A stretch of 64,000 nt of DNA, from positions 64,001 through 128,000 of the IMG/VR virus record IMGVR_UViG_3300022745_000018; one strand, written 5' to 3'. Of the stretch, positions 18,406-26,886 are shown piece after piece. Below the pieces are notes generated by a model that was not told where the DNA came from, did no database searches, and was given only the letters and a program-made list of their open reading frames with translations. The position numbers and the translations under genes are program-made. The DNA comes from a virus. How positions within the stretch are numbered: the stretch's first letter is position 1; each line of letters opens with the position of its first letter.

Positions 18406-18633
18406 TTAGAATTTCCACCGATAGATCGTCCCATATGAAAACGACGGAACTTCTCCACCTCCGTCACCCCAAATTTCACCGTCGTAAGACCATTCCCAAT
18501 CATCGTGAGGATCGCCGGAAAGGTCAACACCTTCTGCTTGAGCTTTGGCGTAGACATACATCGCATGATAAAACGCAACTTTGAATTCCGTTGCATTGTA
18601 CCGAAAATGTTTGATTTGAGGGTCGGACATCAT
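18406..18633 (-). CDS. Hypothetical protein
   Basis: MMSDPQIK start downstream of a promoter, AAGG RBS. Confidence 0.55.
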   Translation of the reverse strand: MMSDPQIKHFRYNATEFKVAFYHAMYVYAKAQAEGVDLSGDPHDDWEWSYDGEIWGDGGGEVPSFSYGTIYRWKF

Positions 18634-18661
18634 AAACCTTAATTTCTTTGTCGTTGGATGA

Positions 18662-18688
18662 ATTTTATACAACCATCAATCATGTAGT
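18662..18688 (-). promoter_or_regulatory. ACYACA-box promoter
   Basis: ACTACA-15nt-TAAAAT-TCATCCAACGACAAA. Confidence 0.75.
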
Positions 18689-19552
18689 CGTTTTGTTCTC
18701 AAAATCCAAAAACAAGAACTCATTGAATCCTGTATTCTGTTGAGATAAACCACCATACCCTCTTGGGTTGCAGATAATATTTGTGTTATTGATTTCGTAA
18801 TCCATCGCATCATGCATATGTCCGTGGATCCAGTAATCAGCCGCAAAATCTGGATCGTACATCATATCAGATAGTTCGGTGTAATATCCGAAATTCAAGT
18901 CCGTGTATTGAAAATTTCGATACTTGGAGTGTACGGATCTATATGATGGGGCATGGTGTGTCACCACGACGACGGATTGCTCTGGATAATCACGTTTAGC
19001 GTTAGCCTCAATACAAGCCAATGTTTTCTTGTGCTCATTGAAAAAGTCCATTGCTTGAACTTTACGAGAATTGCCATCAGTACGCATATACCGACTGTCA
19101 TTCATACCATTCATGACACCATAAACGACTAGAGGGTTCATGTTGTTGAAACTGGTCCAAAGAGTACCGCCGACAAACTTGATGTCGTCAATCGTGATCG
19201 TGGAGTTGTGCAGAATCTGAACATTAGTGACTTCTTGCTCAACCAAATGTGCTCTACATTTCTCAACGATCGTGTCTATCGAAGCATCCCAATAGTCATG
19301 GTTACCCAGAACGATCACAACAGCATGGAACGTCTTAGCGACATTCTTAATCCAAGAATCTTGATCATGTCGCCGTTTGAATGCTTCATCCGCGACCCAA
19401 ATGTCGCCAGCGATCACCAAAATTGATTCTGCATCATCTTTGTGTGGTGTTGGCGACCAGATGATGTCAAACTCTCGCATCCCGTGTTTGAATTTTGCCG
19501 TGAATGACATATCCAAATGGATGTCAGAGATGACTCTGAGTTTTCTTTTCAT
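18680..19552 (-). CDS. Calcineurin-like metallophosphoesterase
   Basis: SDIH, AGDI, GNHDY, THHAP, HGHMH, NPRGY motifs. Confidence 0.9.
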   Translation of the reverse strand: MKRKLRVISDIHLDMSFTAKFKHGMREFDIIWSPTPHKDDAESILVIAGDIWVADEAFKRRHDQDSWIKNVAKTFHAVVIVLGNHDYWDASIDTIVEKCRAHLVEQEVTNVQILHNSTITIDDIKFVGGTLWTSFNNMNPLVVYGVMNGMNDSRYMRTDGNSRKVQAMDFFNEHKKTLACIEANAKRDYPEQSVVVVTHHAPSYRSVHSKYRNFQYTDLNFGYYTELSDMMYDPDFAADYWIHGHMHDAMDYEINNTNIICNPRGYGGLSQQNTGFNEFLFLDFENKTTT

Positions 19553-19556
19553 AGGA

Positions 19557-19931
19557 TTAGAACTTGATGTAGATGGTCCACGAGCAATCAGTTACACCCT
19601 CAGCATCATATCCGAAGCCGTTGAGGATGAAGAGGATTGTTGGCAAGACGTCAGTTTCCCATTCATGGAGATCTTTAATTCTCTCAAAGATGACTTTGTT
19701 GTCATCCGAAACATCTGCAAGCATATCCCTTATATCGTTGAAATGATGCTTCACGTAGAAACCGTATGTACGTGGTTCTGACTTTCTTAGCAAAACCACC
19801 ATCTCTTCCATTCCCTTGATGATGATCTCAACGACACCAGTACAGACTGCATGAAGAGCGGCAGTATTCTCAGTAACAGCACGCTCTTTGATAGCCCGCA
19901 ATTCTGTAGCGTGTTTTATCTTAAGTTCCAT
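19557..19931 (-). CDS. Hypothetical protein
   Basis: 124-aa ORF with AGGTG RBS. Confidence 0.6.
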   Translation of the reverse strand: MELKIKHATELRAIKERAVTENTAALHAVCTGVVEIIIKGMEEMVVLLRKSEPRTYGFYVKHHFNDIRDMLADVSDDNKVIFERIKDLHEWETDVLPTILFILNGFGYDAEGVTDCSWTIYIKF

Positions 19932-19964
19932 AACAATTTCACCTTTTCAGTTGACGATGGTGTT

Positions 19965-19991
19965 ATTGTAATGCAATGCTTATTTTGTGGT
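19965..19991 (-). promoter_or_regulatory. ACYACA-box promoter
   Basis: ACCACA-15nt-TACAAT. Confidence 0.65.
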
Positions 19992-20171
19992 TGAATCACA
20001 AGTAACGATCCACAGTGGATTGGTGGCAGGATAGCTTGGATACATCGGTGCTTGATAAGGTGGCACATATTCTGGACCACGATCGAGAAGCAGCGCCAAC
20101 TCCAAAACAATTTCTTCCAGCTTCTTCACTCTGTCTTGGAGATCATGAATCTGTTCTTCAGGCGTTTTCAT
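19980..20171 (-). CDS. Hypothetical Pro-rich small protein
   Basis: Coupled to the upstream ORF. Confidence 0.55.
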   Translation of the reverse strand: MKTPEEQIHDLQDRVKKLEEIVLELALLLDRGPEYVPPYQAPMYPSYPATNPLWIVTCDSTTK

Positions 20172-20377
20172 TCAAACCCATCCTGTGCAGCTCCACTAAT
20201 TTTTCTGATGACACTTGGAGCACCTGCATCATCAAAACCACCGAAGATAGCGATTGTAATCAATACGATGAAAATCACTACAACGAAAACGGCCGAGAGT
20301 ACTGCTTGGAGCAAAAGATCCAAAATTGCAGCCAATCTTCTAATTGCTGTCCAAAAGAAACGTTTGATCAAGTCCAT
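20168..20377 (-). CDS. Single-TM membrane protein
   Basis: Hydrophobic segment; coupled ORF. Confidence 0.55.
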   Translation of the reverse strand: MDLIKRFFWTAIRRLAAILDLLLQAVLSAVFVVVIFIVLITIAIFGGFDDAGAPSVIRKISGAAQDGFE

Positions 20378-21075
20378 AGATACTTTCTGAGTTCAATGAT
20401 TTCTTTCAAGAAATGCGTCATCTTCTCGTCGTACTCTTTTTCAAGACGAGTAATTTCTTGATAGTCTTTGTAATCATATGCGCTATCCCAGAAAGGTTTC
20501 GTTTCTTTCGCGAACTTGTAGACTCCAATGATCCGTTCGTGAGCGGTTCTACCCTCTTCGTCTCTAATATCGGAAGTAGCTTGGAACGACAACCAATCAA
20601 TACCCAGCTTGGCTCTAACAGAAGGATCTGCTTTGATCATTGCTTTGTACTCTTTGCGAAGGCTTTCATTGGCACACCACACCGTCATGTGGCTGCATTC
20701 AACTTCAACGAAGTCAACAACAGCAGTCAATAGTGCATCCGGAATGCGTTCACATAGGTCGTACCATTCACCCGGTCTACCTTCTCTAGTTCTAAGGACA
20801 TGCGTCTTGTTTCGACGGCAACGGATATTAGCAGATAGACCACGATAAGTCTTTTCTGGGAATCGGATAACATCCCAGAATGCTGTATTGACTTTCAGTA
20901 GAGCATACCCTACCTTAGAAGATTCCTTTAGAATCCTGTCGCGTTCACCGAATTCAAATAAGGCAACTCGTGGAGTCACCATCTTGAATGTCTTGATGAT
21001 TAGATCATCAATGTAAAATTCAACAGATGATAAGCGATCACTAAACATTTCATTCAACTTTCGGTTTGCCAGCAA
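20368..21075 (-). CDS. Hypothetical protein (start uncertain)
   Basis: 235-aa ORF in the operon direction. Confidence 0.6.
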   Translation of the reverse strand: MLANRKLNEMFSDRLSSVEFYIDDLIIKTFKMVTPRVALFEFGERDRILKESSKVGYALLKVNTAFWDVIRFPEKTYRGLSANIRCRRNKTHVLRTREGRPGEWYDLCERIPDALLTAVVDFVEVECSHMTVWCANESLRKEYKAMIKADPSVRAKLGIDWLSFQATSDIRDEEGRTAHERIIGVYKFAKETKPFWDSAYDYKDYQEITRLEKEYDEKMTHFLKEIIELRKYLWT

Positions 21076-21141
21076 GCAGACTATTGACCATCATTTGGTA
21101 CACAGCAACGACAATTTTTTCTTTTTTGGACATACGATACC

Positions 21142-21348
21142 TTAGATGTTTGTTTCAATGACTTCGCGGAGACGCTTTGGAAACTTTGGAAACTTCTCAC
21201 TGACGAATACTTTCTTAGTGTAATCGAAACCACGAACCATCATCATATCAGTGAACTCTTTATGCAATTCACGTTTGGCTGCATACGAATTCGTCAGTTC
21301 CTCAACGAATTCACTTTGATACTTTGATTCAATTTGTTTCATTTTCAT
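21142..21348 (-). CDS. Hypothetical protein
   Basis: ATGA overlap with the ligase gene. Confidence 0.6.
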   Translation of the reverse strand: MKMKQIESKYQSEFVEELTNSYAAKRELHKEFTDMMMVRGFDYTKKVFVSEKFPKFPKRLREVIETNI

Positions 21349-22679
21349 TCTCCAGAAATTGTGCGGAAATCTTCAGCGGCGGTCGTGGTGTTCTTGTCAT
21401 CCCGCCACTTATTGAATCGAGGAAGAAACAGACTTGCTGTTGCGGAATTTCTAGCACGAATCAGTTCGTTGTATTGAATCTCTGCGATTCGCCCAACGAA
21501 CTCACCGGGATCTTCATTGCGCATCTTGTCTGTCATACCGGAACAATTGACTCGAACTTTACCATCGTCAGTCTCAAAAACCAGAGAACCGATCATTCCT
21601 TCGTATTTACCATTTCCTGGATTGAAGCCAACACAGCGCATATCCGCTGGATCTTCGTCACCTTCCTTCAGCTTCAGAATTTTGGTGCTCCGGATATCGG
21701 CCCAAGGTTCATCCTGCTCTTTCAACATAGATCCCTCCTGCCCAAGATCTCGAAGTTCTTGGAAGTGCTTCTGAGCATCCTCGATGCTATAAACAAGCTT
21801 TCCAGGAATGTGCGACAATGAATATGGAGAAACTGCTGTAGCGAGTTTCACAAACTCTGATGTTTTCTGACGACGAGCGGTATAAGGCGAAGCATATCCG
21901 CGTTTCCAGAAATCATCAATTGGAATGACGTCCCAAGCAACAAGGTGGAGTCGTGCAGCCTCTTCTTCGGAGATAGTACCTTTCACTGCTTTGTTAGCAA
22001 TACCATTGGCGGTTTTGCGATCGAGGAATTTACCCTTTGCATCAACCGACAGAAGTTCTCCATCAATTACATGACCGCGAAGTTCTGGGATTGAACCGAG
22101 GAAATCGAATTTTCCATGGACGGTCATATCATTGAAACCGCGAGTGTACAGTTCCACTTCACCGGTTTTCTTAATTGCAATGTGGGTGCGGCATCCATCA
22201 GATTTCAGTTCAGACCAGACACCTTTCTGCCAATTGAATTGCTCAGCCAATTTGGATGAGAATGGTTTAGCAAGCATGCAAGGTAAAGATGGCACCAAAC
22301 CTGGCCAAACTTTATCCACAGAAGAATCTACACCGCAATCTGGTTTTTTCTGCAAGATTGCGTGAACGAGTTTCTGAGTTTCTACGTCCAACATAGACAG
22401 AATCTGCGTGATTCGTTCGCGAGCGGCATTCCCTGTGTATTTACGGGATGCGATATCTGCAACCAAGCAATCCATCGCCCATTGCAATGCACCATCACCA
22501 CTCTCGGCACCTGTTGGTGCATCAATCCGTTTCTTCTGATAGAAGTTGATACGTGGATTCAGACACAATTCAAACCAACGTTTAAGAACGAGATTTGAGG
22601 AATTTTCTTCAAGCAACTGCACTTTGACTTTCTTGGAACCAACAGCTGCGATGGCACTAACAACGTCTTTGACTTGCAT
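21345..22679 (-). CDS. 30: ATP-dependent DNA ligase (gp30)
   Basis: PCMLAK, motif I ELKSDGCR, IDGELL, AWDVIP, EGSMLK, KLK, LFLPRF..WRDDK. Confidence 0.95.
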   Translation of the reverse strand: MQVKDVVSAIAAVGSKKVKVQLLEENSSNLVLKRWFELCLNPRINFYQKKRIDAPTGAESGDGALQWAMDCLVADIASRKYTGNAARERITQILSMLDVETQKLVHAILQKKPDCGVDSSVDKVWPGLVPSLPCMLAKPFSSKLAEQFNWQKGVWSELKSDGCRTHIAIKKTGEVELYTRGFNDMTVHGKFDFLGSIPELRGHVIDGELLSVDAKGKFLDRKTANGIANKAVKGTISEEEAARLHLVAWDVIPIDDFWKRGYASPYTARRQKTSEFVKLATAVSPYSLSHIPGKLVYSIEDAQKHFQELRDLGQEGSMLKEQDEPWADIRSTKILKLKEGDEDPADMRCVGFNPGNGKYEGMIGSLVFETDDGKVRVNCSGMTDKMRNEDPGEFVGRIAEIQYNELIRARNSATASLFLPRFNKWRDDKNTTTAAEDFRTISGE

Positions 22680-22712
22680 ATTTCACTTTGAATGATTAAG
22701 TATGATGAAACT

Positions 22713-22739
22713 ATTGTAACAAACCAACGATCATGTGGT
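22713..22739 (-). promoter_or_regulatory. ACYACA-box promoter upstream of the ligase
   Basis: ACCACA-15nt-TACAAT. Confidence 0.7.
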
Positions 22740-22951
22740 TAATCACCATAGTCTTTGAAGTTACCCAGATGTTCATTGAAGTTGTAACCAGCATGATACG
22801 CAGCATGCTCTTCTGGTGTACTTGCAGCAACACGTTTGAAGTCCGGAGCAGTCATTTTATGTGGATTCGGGCGGCGGCGATAGTAACTATCTGCTTTACC
22901 ACGATCGTAGAATGAGCCGCGCGATTTGTCGTATTTTGTGGTTTCGTCCAT
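22739..22951 (-). CDS. Small phage protein
   Basis: GSFYDRGKADSYYRR.P.PH...YHAGY..NE..GNFKDY motif, recalled from T4-like phages. Confidence 0.7.
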   Translation of the reverse strand: MDETTKYDKSRGSFYDRGKADSYYRRRPNPHKMTAPDFKRVAASTPEEHAAYHAGYNFNEHLGNFKDYGD

Positions 22952-22961
22952 ATATCATCCT

Positions 22962-23195
22962 TTACTTGTGATATTTATAGACTCTACCCAAAACCAATGT
23001 CGCTAAGGTCTCTGTGGTACGACCGAGGTAATTGACGCTCTTCACGCGAGCTTGTGGATAACCACTAGGCGACATCCCAATGTATGTACCAGATTTGACT
23101 TTGGTACTTCTATAACCCCGACAGATACAAAGCACAGATTCACCAGGTTCGATCTCTTGACCAAGATGATTCACAAATTTTGTTGCTACCGTCAT
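22962..23195 (-). CDS. Hypothetical protein (NHLGQEIEPG motif)
   Basis: 77-aa ORF in the operon. Confidence 0.6.
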   Translation of the reverse strand: MTVATKFVNHLGQEIEPGESVLCICRGYRSTKVKSGTYIGMSPSGYPQARVKSVNYLGRTTETLATLVLGRVYKYHK

Positions 23196-23396
23196 TTAGA
23201 CGCTTTCCTTTTCAAGTTGTTGATAGATCCACTCATCTGGATCACCCGTGCGAGCTTTCGCGGTACCGTAAGGCATTTCTCCAGTAGAGAGATAGTGCTC
23301 AAACAGTCGACCCATACACCCTTCACTCAATTCACTGATCTCTCCAGTACGGAGCTTAGCGATTTCTTCATGATCTTCCGGTGTAATGTATTTCAT
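23196..23396 (-). CDS. Small phage protein (GEMPYGTAKARTGDPDEWI motif)
   Basis: TAAGGA RBS; motif recalled from large phages. Confidence 0.7.
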   Translation of the reverse strand: MKYITPEDHEEIAKLRTGEISELSEGCMGRLFEHYLSTGEMPYGTAKARTGDPDEWIYQQLEKESV

Positions 23397-23422
23397 GGTG
23401 TTTCCTTAAATGCGATGATGAA

Positions 23423-23449
23423 ATTGTATCACCGCAGTTCTAATGTAGC
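23423..23449 (-). promoter_or_regulatory. ACYACA-box promoter (GCTACA variant)
   Basis: GCTACA-15nt-TACAAT. Confidence 0.6.
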
Positions 23450-23683
23450 ATTTTTCATTAGACGCTTCTTGTATCGCTCCAATTTCTCAGCCACGATGGT
23501 ACGAGTTGATCTGAATTCAATTTCTATGATTACGCCAATTGTTGTGTAGCGTACATCAATGGATTCAACGAATGGCGAATTCTTCCTACTCTGGAGCTTC
23601 TTCACGATCGTCATTGCTTTTCTCCAGTAATTTGGACCATCATCAACTTCATTGACATGTCGTGTCACCGTGAACTTTGTCAT
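23429..23683 (-). CDS. Hypothetical protein
   Basis: 84-aa coupled ORF. Confidence 0.55.
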   Translation of the reverse strand: MTKFTVTRHVNEVDDGPNYWRKAMTIVKKLQSRKNSPFVESIDVRYTTIGVIIEIEFRSTRTIVAEKLERYKKRLMKNATLELR

Positions 23684-24015
23684 TTCCCAGACTCCAATCT
23701 TTTCACTATAGAATCGATGATTGGATTCTGTGGAGCGGAAAAAGCATCAATGCCGCGTTCCTTAACTAGTTGGCCGCATAAAGCATATGCCCAAGTCAAA
23801 CGTTCATACAGTTCATCCTCAATCTGAAGATGTTCCTTGATGACTGTTTTGTACTCTCTAGTCCGTTCCCATGGAATGAAAAACCACTTAAACCAGAACG
23901 ATGCTGCGTGTTTCGACCTTAGTGAGTTTCTGACGTCTTCATGGTTCTTACAGACATCTCTGTAATGCTCTTCCCAATCATCAATTTCTCTAAACAGATT
24001 TTCGATCATTGACAT
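23680..24015 (-). CDS. Hypothetical protein
   Basis: 111-aa coupled ORF. Confidence 0.6.
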   Translation of the reverse strand: MSMIENLFREIDDWEEHYRDVCKNHEDVRNSLRSKHAASFWFKWFFIPWERTREYKTVIKEHLQIEDELYERLTWAYALCGQLVKERGIDAFSAPQNPIIDSIVKRLESGK

Positions 24016-24482
24016 CAGATACTCCAGACAGTGACATCACGATCACTCAGTCTTGTTTCAACAATGGACGAAATGATTCTCCAATCACCTCCACCCAAAC
24101 CTGCACCAATCTTTGGCATATGAATTTGCTGCTTCGTTGCTCGTACAAATTTTCCCACTACATCCAATGCAGCATCGACTGCATCATACGACACATATTT
24201 CCGCCCATCGTTGCCATAGTACTTTTGAGTAATCGCGTTCGCGATCATTAGCGTCGGAGCCACTTCAACAAGAACGACTTGACCTAGAAGATCGTCGGTC
24301 TCAACTAAACAGTATGCATCGTTGTATGCTTTGCACTTATCACTGTATGGTGTAAAGATCTCTGGGTGCATATTTCGTAGTGCTTTCGCTACACCAGAAC
24401 CCATGACGCCTTGACAATTACATCCATGAACGATCACACCAGATTTCACTTGGGTGATATCACCTTGACGATAAGTAATCAT
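24015..24482 (-). CDS. Macrodomain ADP-ribose-processing protein (T4 Tk.4-like)
   Basis: GDIT, IVHGCNCQGVMGSGVAKA, NAITQ..YG, MPKIGAGLGGGDW. Confidence 0.9.
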   Translation of the reverse strand: MITYRQGDITQVKSGVIVHGCNCQGVMGSGVAKALRNMHPEIFTPYSDKCKAYNDAYCLVETDDLLGQVVLVEVAPTLMIANAITQKYYGNDGRKYVSYDAVDAALDVVGKFVRATKQQIHMPKIGAGLGGGDWRIISSIVETRLSDRDVTVWSI

Positions 24483-24679
24483 TCGTGTTCCTTGTTGAAT
24501 TGGTTTACGTCAGAATCAGAATACACATCTGTCTTGATTTTAGACCATTGAATTGGTTTGAATTTCTGGCATGCATCAGCCGAATCACCAGTGTTTACGG
24601 GAATGTCGTAGAACTCGCACACATGTTTGCCAGTGTACTTATTGTTGGACAACCATTCACACCCACCACAACTTCTCAT
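24479..24679 (-). CDS. Small Cys-rich (Zn-binding-like) protein
   Basis: MRSCGGCEW...HVCEF...DACQKF; ATGA coupling to the GNAT gene. Confidence 0.5.
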   Translation of the reverse strand: MRSCGGCEWLSNNKYTGKHVCEFYDIPVNTGDSADACQKFKPIQWSKIKTDVYSDSDVNQFNKEHE

Positions 24680-25329
24680 TTTTCGCCTTTCGATGTTGGA
24701 CGAACCCACCAAGGTACCAGACTTGCCCGTGGTGCTGCCAGGAATTGTTGGATTTTCTCTTGTGTTTCTGTCAAAGCAGTCTTGATGGCCGAATCGCACA
24801 CCAGAATGCCGTTGATTACATAATTGCCCATTGCATAATATGGATCTACCGTACCAGGGAACTCAATGAATCCAGAGCGTTCTGAATAGTCTACAATATT
24901 AACTCTATCACAATATTTTCGAGCAAGCTTGTTCATCCAAACATTAGAAGACAGACAATTGATCTGCAACTTCTCTACACCAGTTGATTGTGCCCAGAGG
25001 ATGAGGTTGTTAAACAATGCAGAACCTACACCAGAATGACGACGATCGCTAGAAACCGAAACACCAATCTCATAGACACCATGAGATACTTTGGCTGCGT
25101 GAAGGAACCCAATCACATTCGTACCATCTTCGATGTAGCAGACATGATCGTTATGGATGTTGATCCTATCGATGTAATCCGACAGAGCTTCGTCTTTCAG
25201 ATTGGCGAAGAACCGCATGCGTCGATCATCTTCCGACAGTGCAACCAGATGTTCGAGGAATTTCTTTTTGAGGATTGGCCAATAGACAAAATTTGAATTG
25301 TCTATCGTCTTGACTACATGAAGCATCAT
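24676..25329 (-). CDS. GNAT-family acetyltransferase
   Basis: LSEDDRRMRFF, EIGVSV..DRRHSGVGSAL acetyl-CoA motif, CLSSN.WM..LARK. Confidence 0.85.
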   Translation of the reverse strand: MMLHVVKTIDNSNFVYWPILKKKFLEHLVALSEDDRRMRFFANLKDEALSDYIDRINIHNDHVCYIEDGTNVIGFLHAAKVSHGVYEIGVSVSSDRRHSGVGSALFNNLILWAQSTGVEKLQINCLSSNVWMNKLARKYCDRVNIVDYSERSGFIEFPGTVDPYYAMGNYVINGILVCDSAIKTALTETQEKIQQFLAAPRASLVPWWVRPTSKGEK

Positions 25330-25332
25330 GAA

Positions 25333-25578
25333 TCAGTATCCGATCCAAGACGAGACGGCCTTACCGATAAGAACCGCGAATAGACCAGACATGACCAATT
25401 GCAATCTGACGATCCACTTCTTGTTCTTACGATAGAACGACTTTGAATGAAGGGCCGCGTCAATTAGAAGAAAGATGCCGATCCAAAGAATGACGATAAG
25501 GATTGCCGGGAGAATGTAAGGGGATTCCCAGAATGCTTGTTCCAATGGGTTGCGATAGACGATGATAGATTGAGACAT
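25333..25578 (-). CDS. Two-TM membrane protein (IIVYRNPLEQAFWE motif)
   Basis: GGAG RBS, two TM segments. Confidence 0.65.
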   Translation of the reverse strand: MSQSIIVYRNPLEQAFWESPYILPAILIVILWIGIFLLIDAALHSKSFYRKNKKWIVRLQLVMSGLFAVLIGKAVSSWIGY

Positions 25579-25604
25579 AGATCACTCCAAAATAATGAAC
25601 GAAA

Positions 25605-25691
25605 TGGAGCGGGTGACAGGATTCGAACCTGCGTAAACTATTCGCCGCTTGCTTGGAAGGCAAGTGCTCTGACCAACTGAGCTACACCCGC
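25605..25691 (-). tRNA. tRNA-Gly(TCC) with an abnormally long (15-nt) variable region
   Basis: GCGGGTG acceptor, CTTGC-CTTCCAA-GCAAG, TTCGAAT, T-CCA. Confidence 0.9.
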
Positions 25692-25747
25692 ATGATTTTA
25701 AATAACTTCAAGATCAATTTTATTTCAAATTCGATCATGTAGTTGAT

Positions 25748-25839
25748 TGGTGGAGACGGTGAGATTTGAACTCACGGACCTATTTCTAAGCCGACGATTT
25801 TCAAGATCGTTGCAATCAGCCGGACTCTGCCACGTCTCC
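25748..25839 (-). tRNA. tRNA-Ser(TGA)
   Basis: ACGAT-CTTGAAA-ATCGT, long variable arm, A-CCA. Confidence 0.9.
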
Positions 25840-25861
25840 GATAATTAAGTTGATTCCAAAC

Positions 25862-25938
<77 letters not shown>

Positions 25939-25956
25939 TCAAAACCTACAATTCAA

Positions 25957-26032
25957 CGGTTCCATCTGTTGGATTCGAACCAACGACCTCCCGCTTACAA
26001 GGCGGATACTCTTCCAGCTGAGTTAAGATGGA
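25957..26032 (-). tRNA. tRNA-Thr(TGT), genomic 3' end ACCG (no encoded CCA)
   Basis: TCCGC-CTTGTAA-GCGGG; TCCATCT/AGATGGA acceptor. Confidence 0.85.
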
Positions 26033-26034
26033 TC

Positions 26035-26123
26035 TGGTGCGAAAAGAGAGACTCGAACTCTCACGGTATTTAACTCCCGCCAGAACCTAAATCTGGTGCG
26101 TCTACCAATTTCGCCATTCTCGC
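26035..26123 (-). tRNA. tRNA-Leu(TAG)
   Basis: CCAGA-TTTAGGT-TCTGG, long variable arm, A-CCA. Confidence 0.9.
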
Positions 26124-26135
26124 ACTGTTTATCAT

Positions 26136-26504
26136 TTATTCACAATTTGTGGTGCCTCGAGCTGGATTCGAACCAGCGACCTTCACCTTATCAAGATGAT
26201 ACTCTACCAACTGAGTTACCGAAGCATGTTCTCTTATGTACTGAGTGATCTTGTACGAATTTGCTACGGTATTGGAAAGATTCTCTTGCAGCAAACTCAG
26301 TACATCGTCCGGATAAGTCTTGAGCCAATGAACGGAGCCATACCATTCCAAACCAAATAACCGAACGAAAAACTTCTTTTTGTATTCAGCTTCAGCTGCT
26401 TCACGACGCTGAAAGAACAATCGATGCAAAGTTTCTGCTTCTGCACGAAGTCGAGCATCTTCTTCCAGCAATTCACCAAGACTTGCAATTTCTTTCTCAT
26501 TCAT
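26136..26504 (-). CDS. Hypothetical protein whose 3' end runs through tRNA-Ile
   Basis: 122-aa ORF; the last ~30 codons overlap the tRNA on the same strand. Confidence 0.5.
   Translation of the reverse strand: MNEKEIASLGELLEEDARLRAEAETLHRLFFQRREAAEAEYKKKFFVRLFGLEWYGSVHWLKTYPDDVLSLLQENLSNTVANSYKITQYIREHASVTQLVEYHLDKVKVAGSNPARGTTNCE
26150..26225 (-). tRNA. tRNA-Ile(GAT)
   Basis: TCATC-TTGATAA-GGTGA, canonical D and T arms, A-CCA. Confidence 0.85.
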
Positions 26505-26606
26505 TTCTCAGAATCCTTAAACTCAAGACCAACTGTGTGAACGACTTCTTCTATCCATTGATCACGAGTTCCATTGTATTTCATGATATCCTCATTGTTG
26601 AATGCA

Positions 26607-26632
26607 ATTATATCATACGCTCAACATGTGGT
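26607..26632 (-). promoter_or_regulatory. ACYACA-box promoter inside the tRNA cluster
   Basis: ACCACA-14nt-TATAAT. Confidence 0.7.
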
Positions 26633-26637
26633 TGTTT

Positions 26638-26731
26638 TGGTGGCGAAAGTGGGATTCGAACCCACGGGGCGTCTATTCAACACCCGACGGCTTAGCAAGC
26701 CGCTGATTTAAACCAGCTCATCCATCTCGCC
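26638..26731 (-). tRNA. tRNA-Ser(GCT)
   Basis: GCGGC-TTGCTAA-GCCGT, long variable arm, A-CCA. Confidence 0.9.
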
Positions 26732-26736
26732 GATGT

Positions 26737-26812
26737 TGGACGCGGAAGAGGGACTTGAACCCTCGACACATGACGTATGAAGCCACTGCTCTACCAACTG
26801 AGCTATTCCGCG
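26737..26812 (-). tRNA. tRNA with CAT anticodon (elongator Met or Ile2)
   Basis: GTGGC-TTCATAC-GTCAT; CGCGGAA/TTCCGCG acceptor, T-CCA. Confidence 0.8.
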
Positions 26813-26813
26813 G

Positions 26814-26886
26814 CAAATCTGGTAGGATTCGAACCTACGACCTTCGGTTTTGGAGACCGACGCTCTGCCAATTGAGCTACAGACTT
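26814..26886 (-). tRNA. tRNA-Trp(CCA), no encoded CCA end
   Basis: TCGGT-CTCCAAA-ACCGA; G73 lies 1 nt before the next tRNA. Confidence 0.88.
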
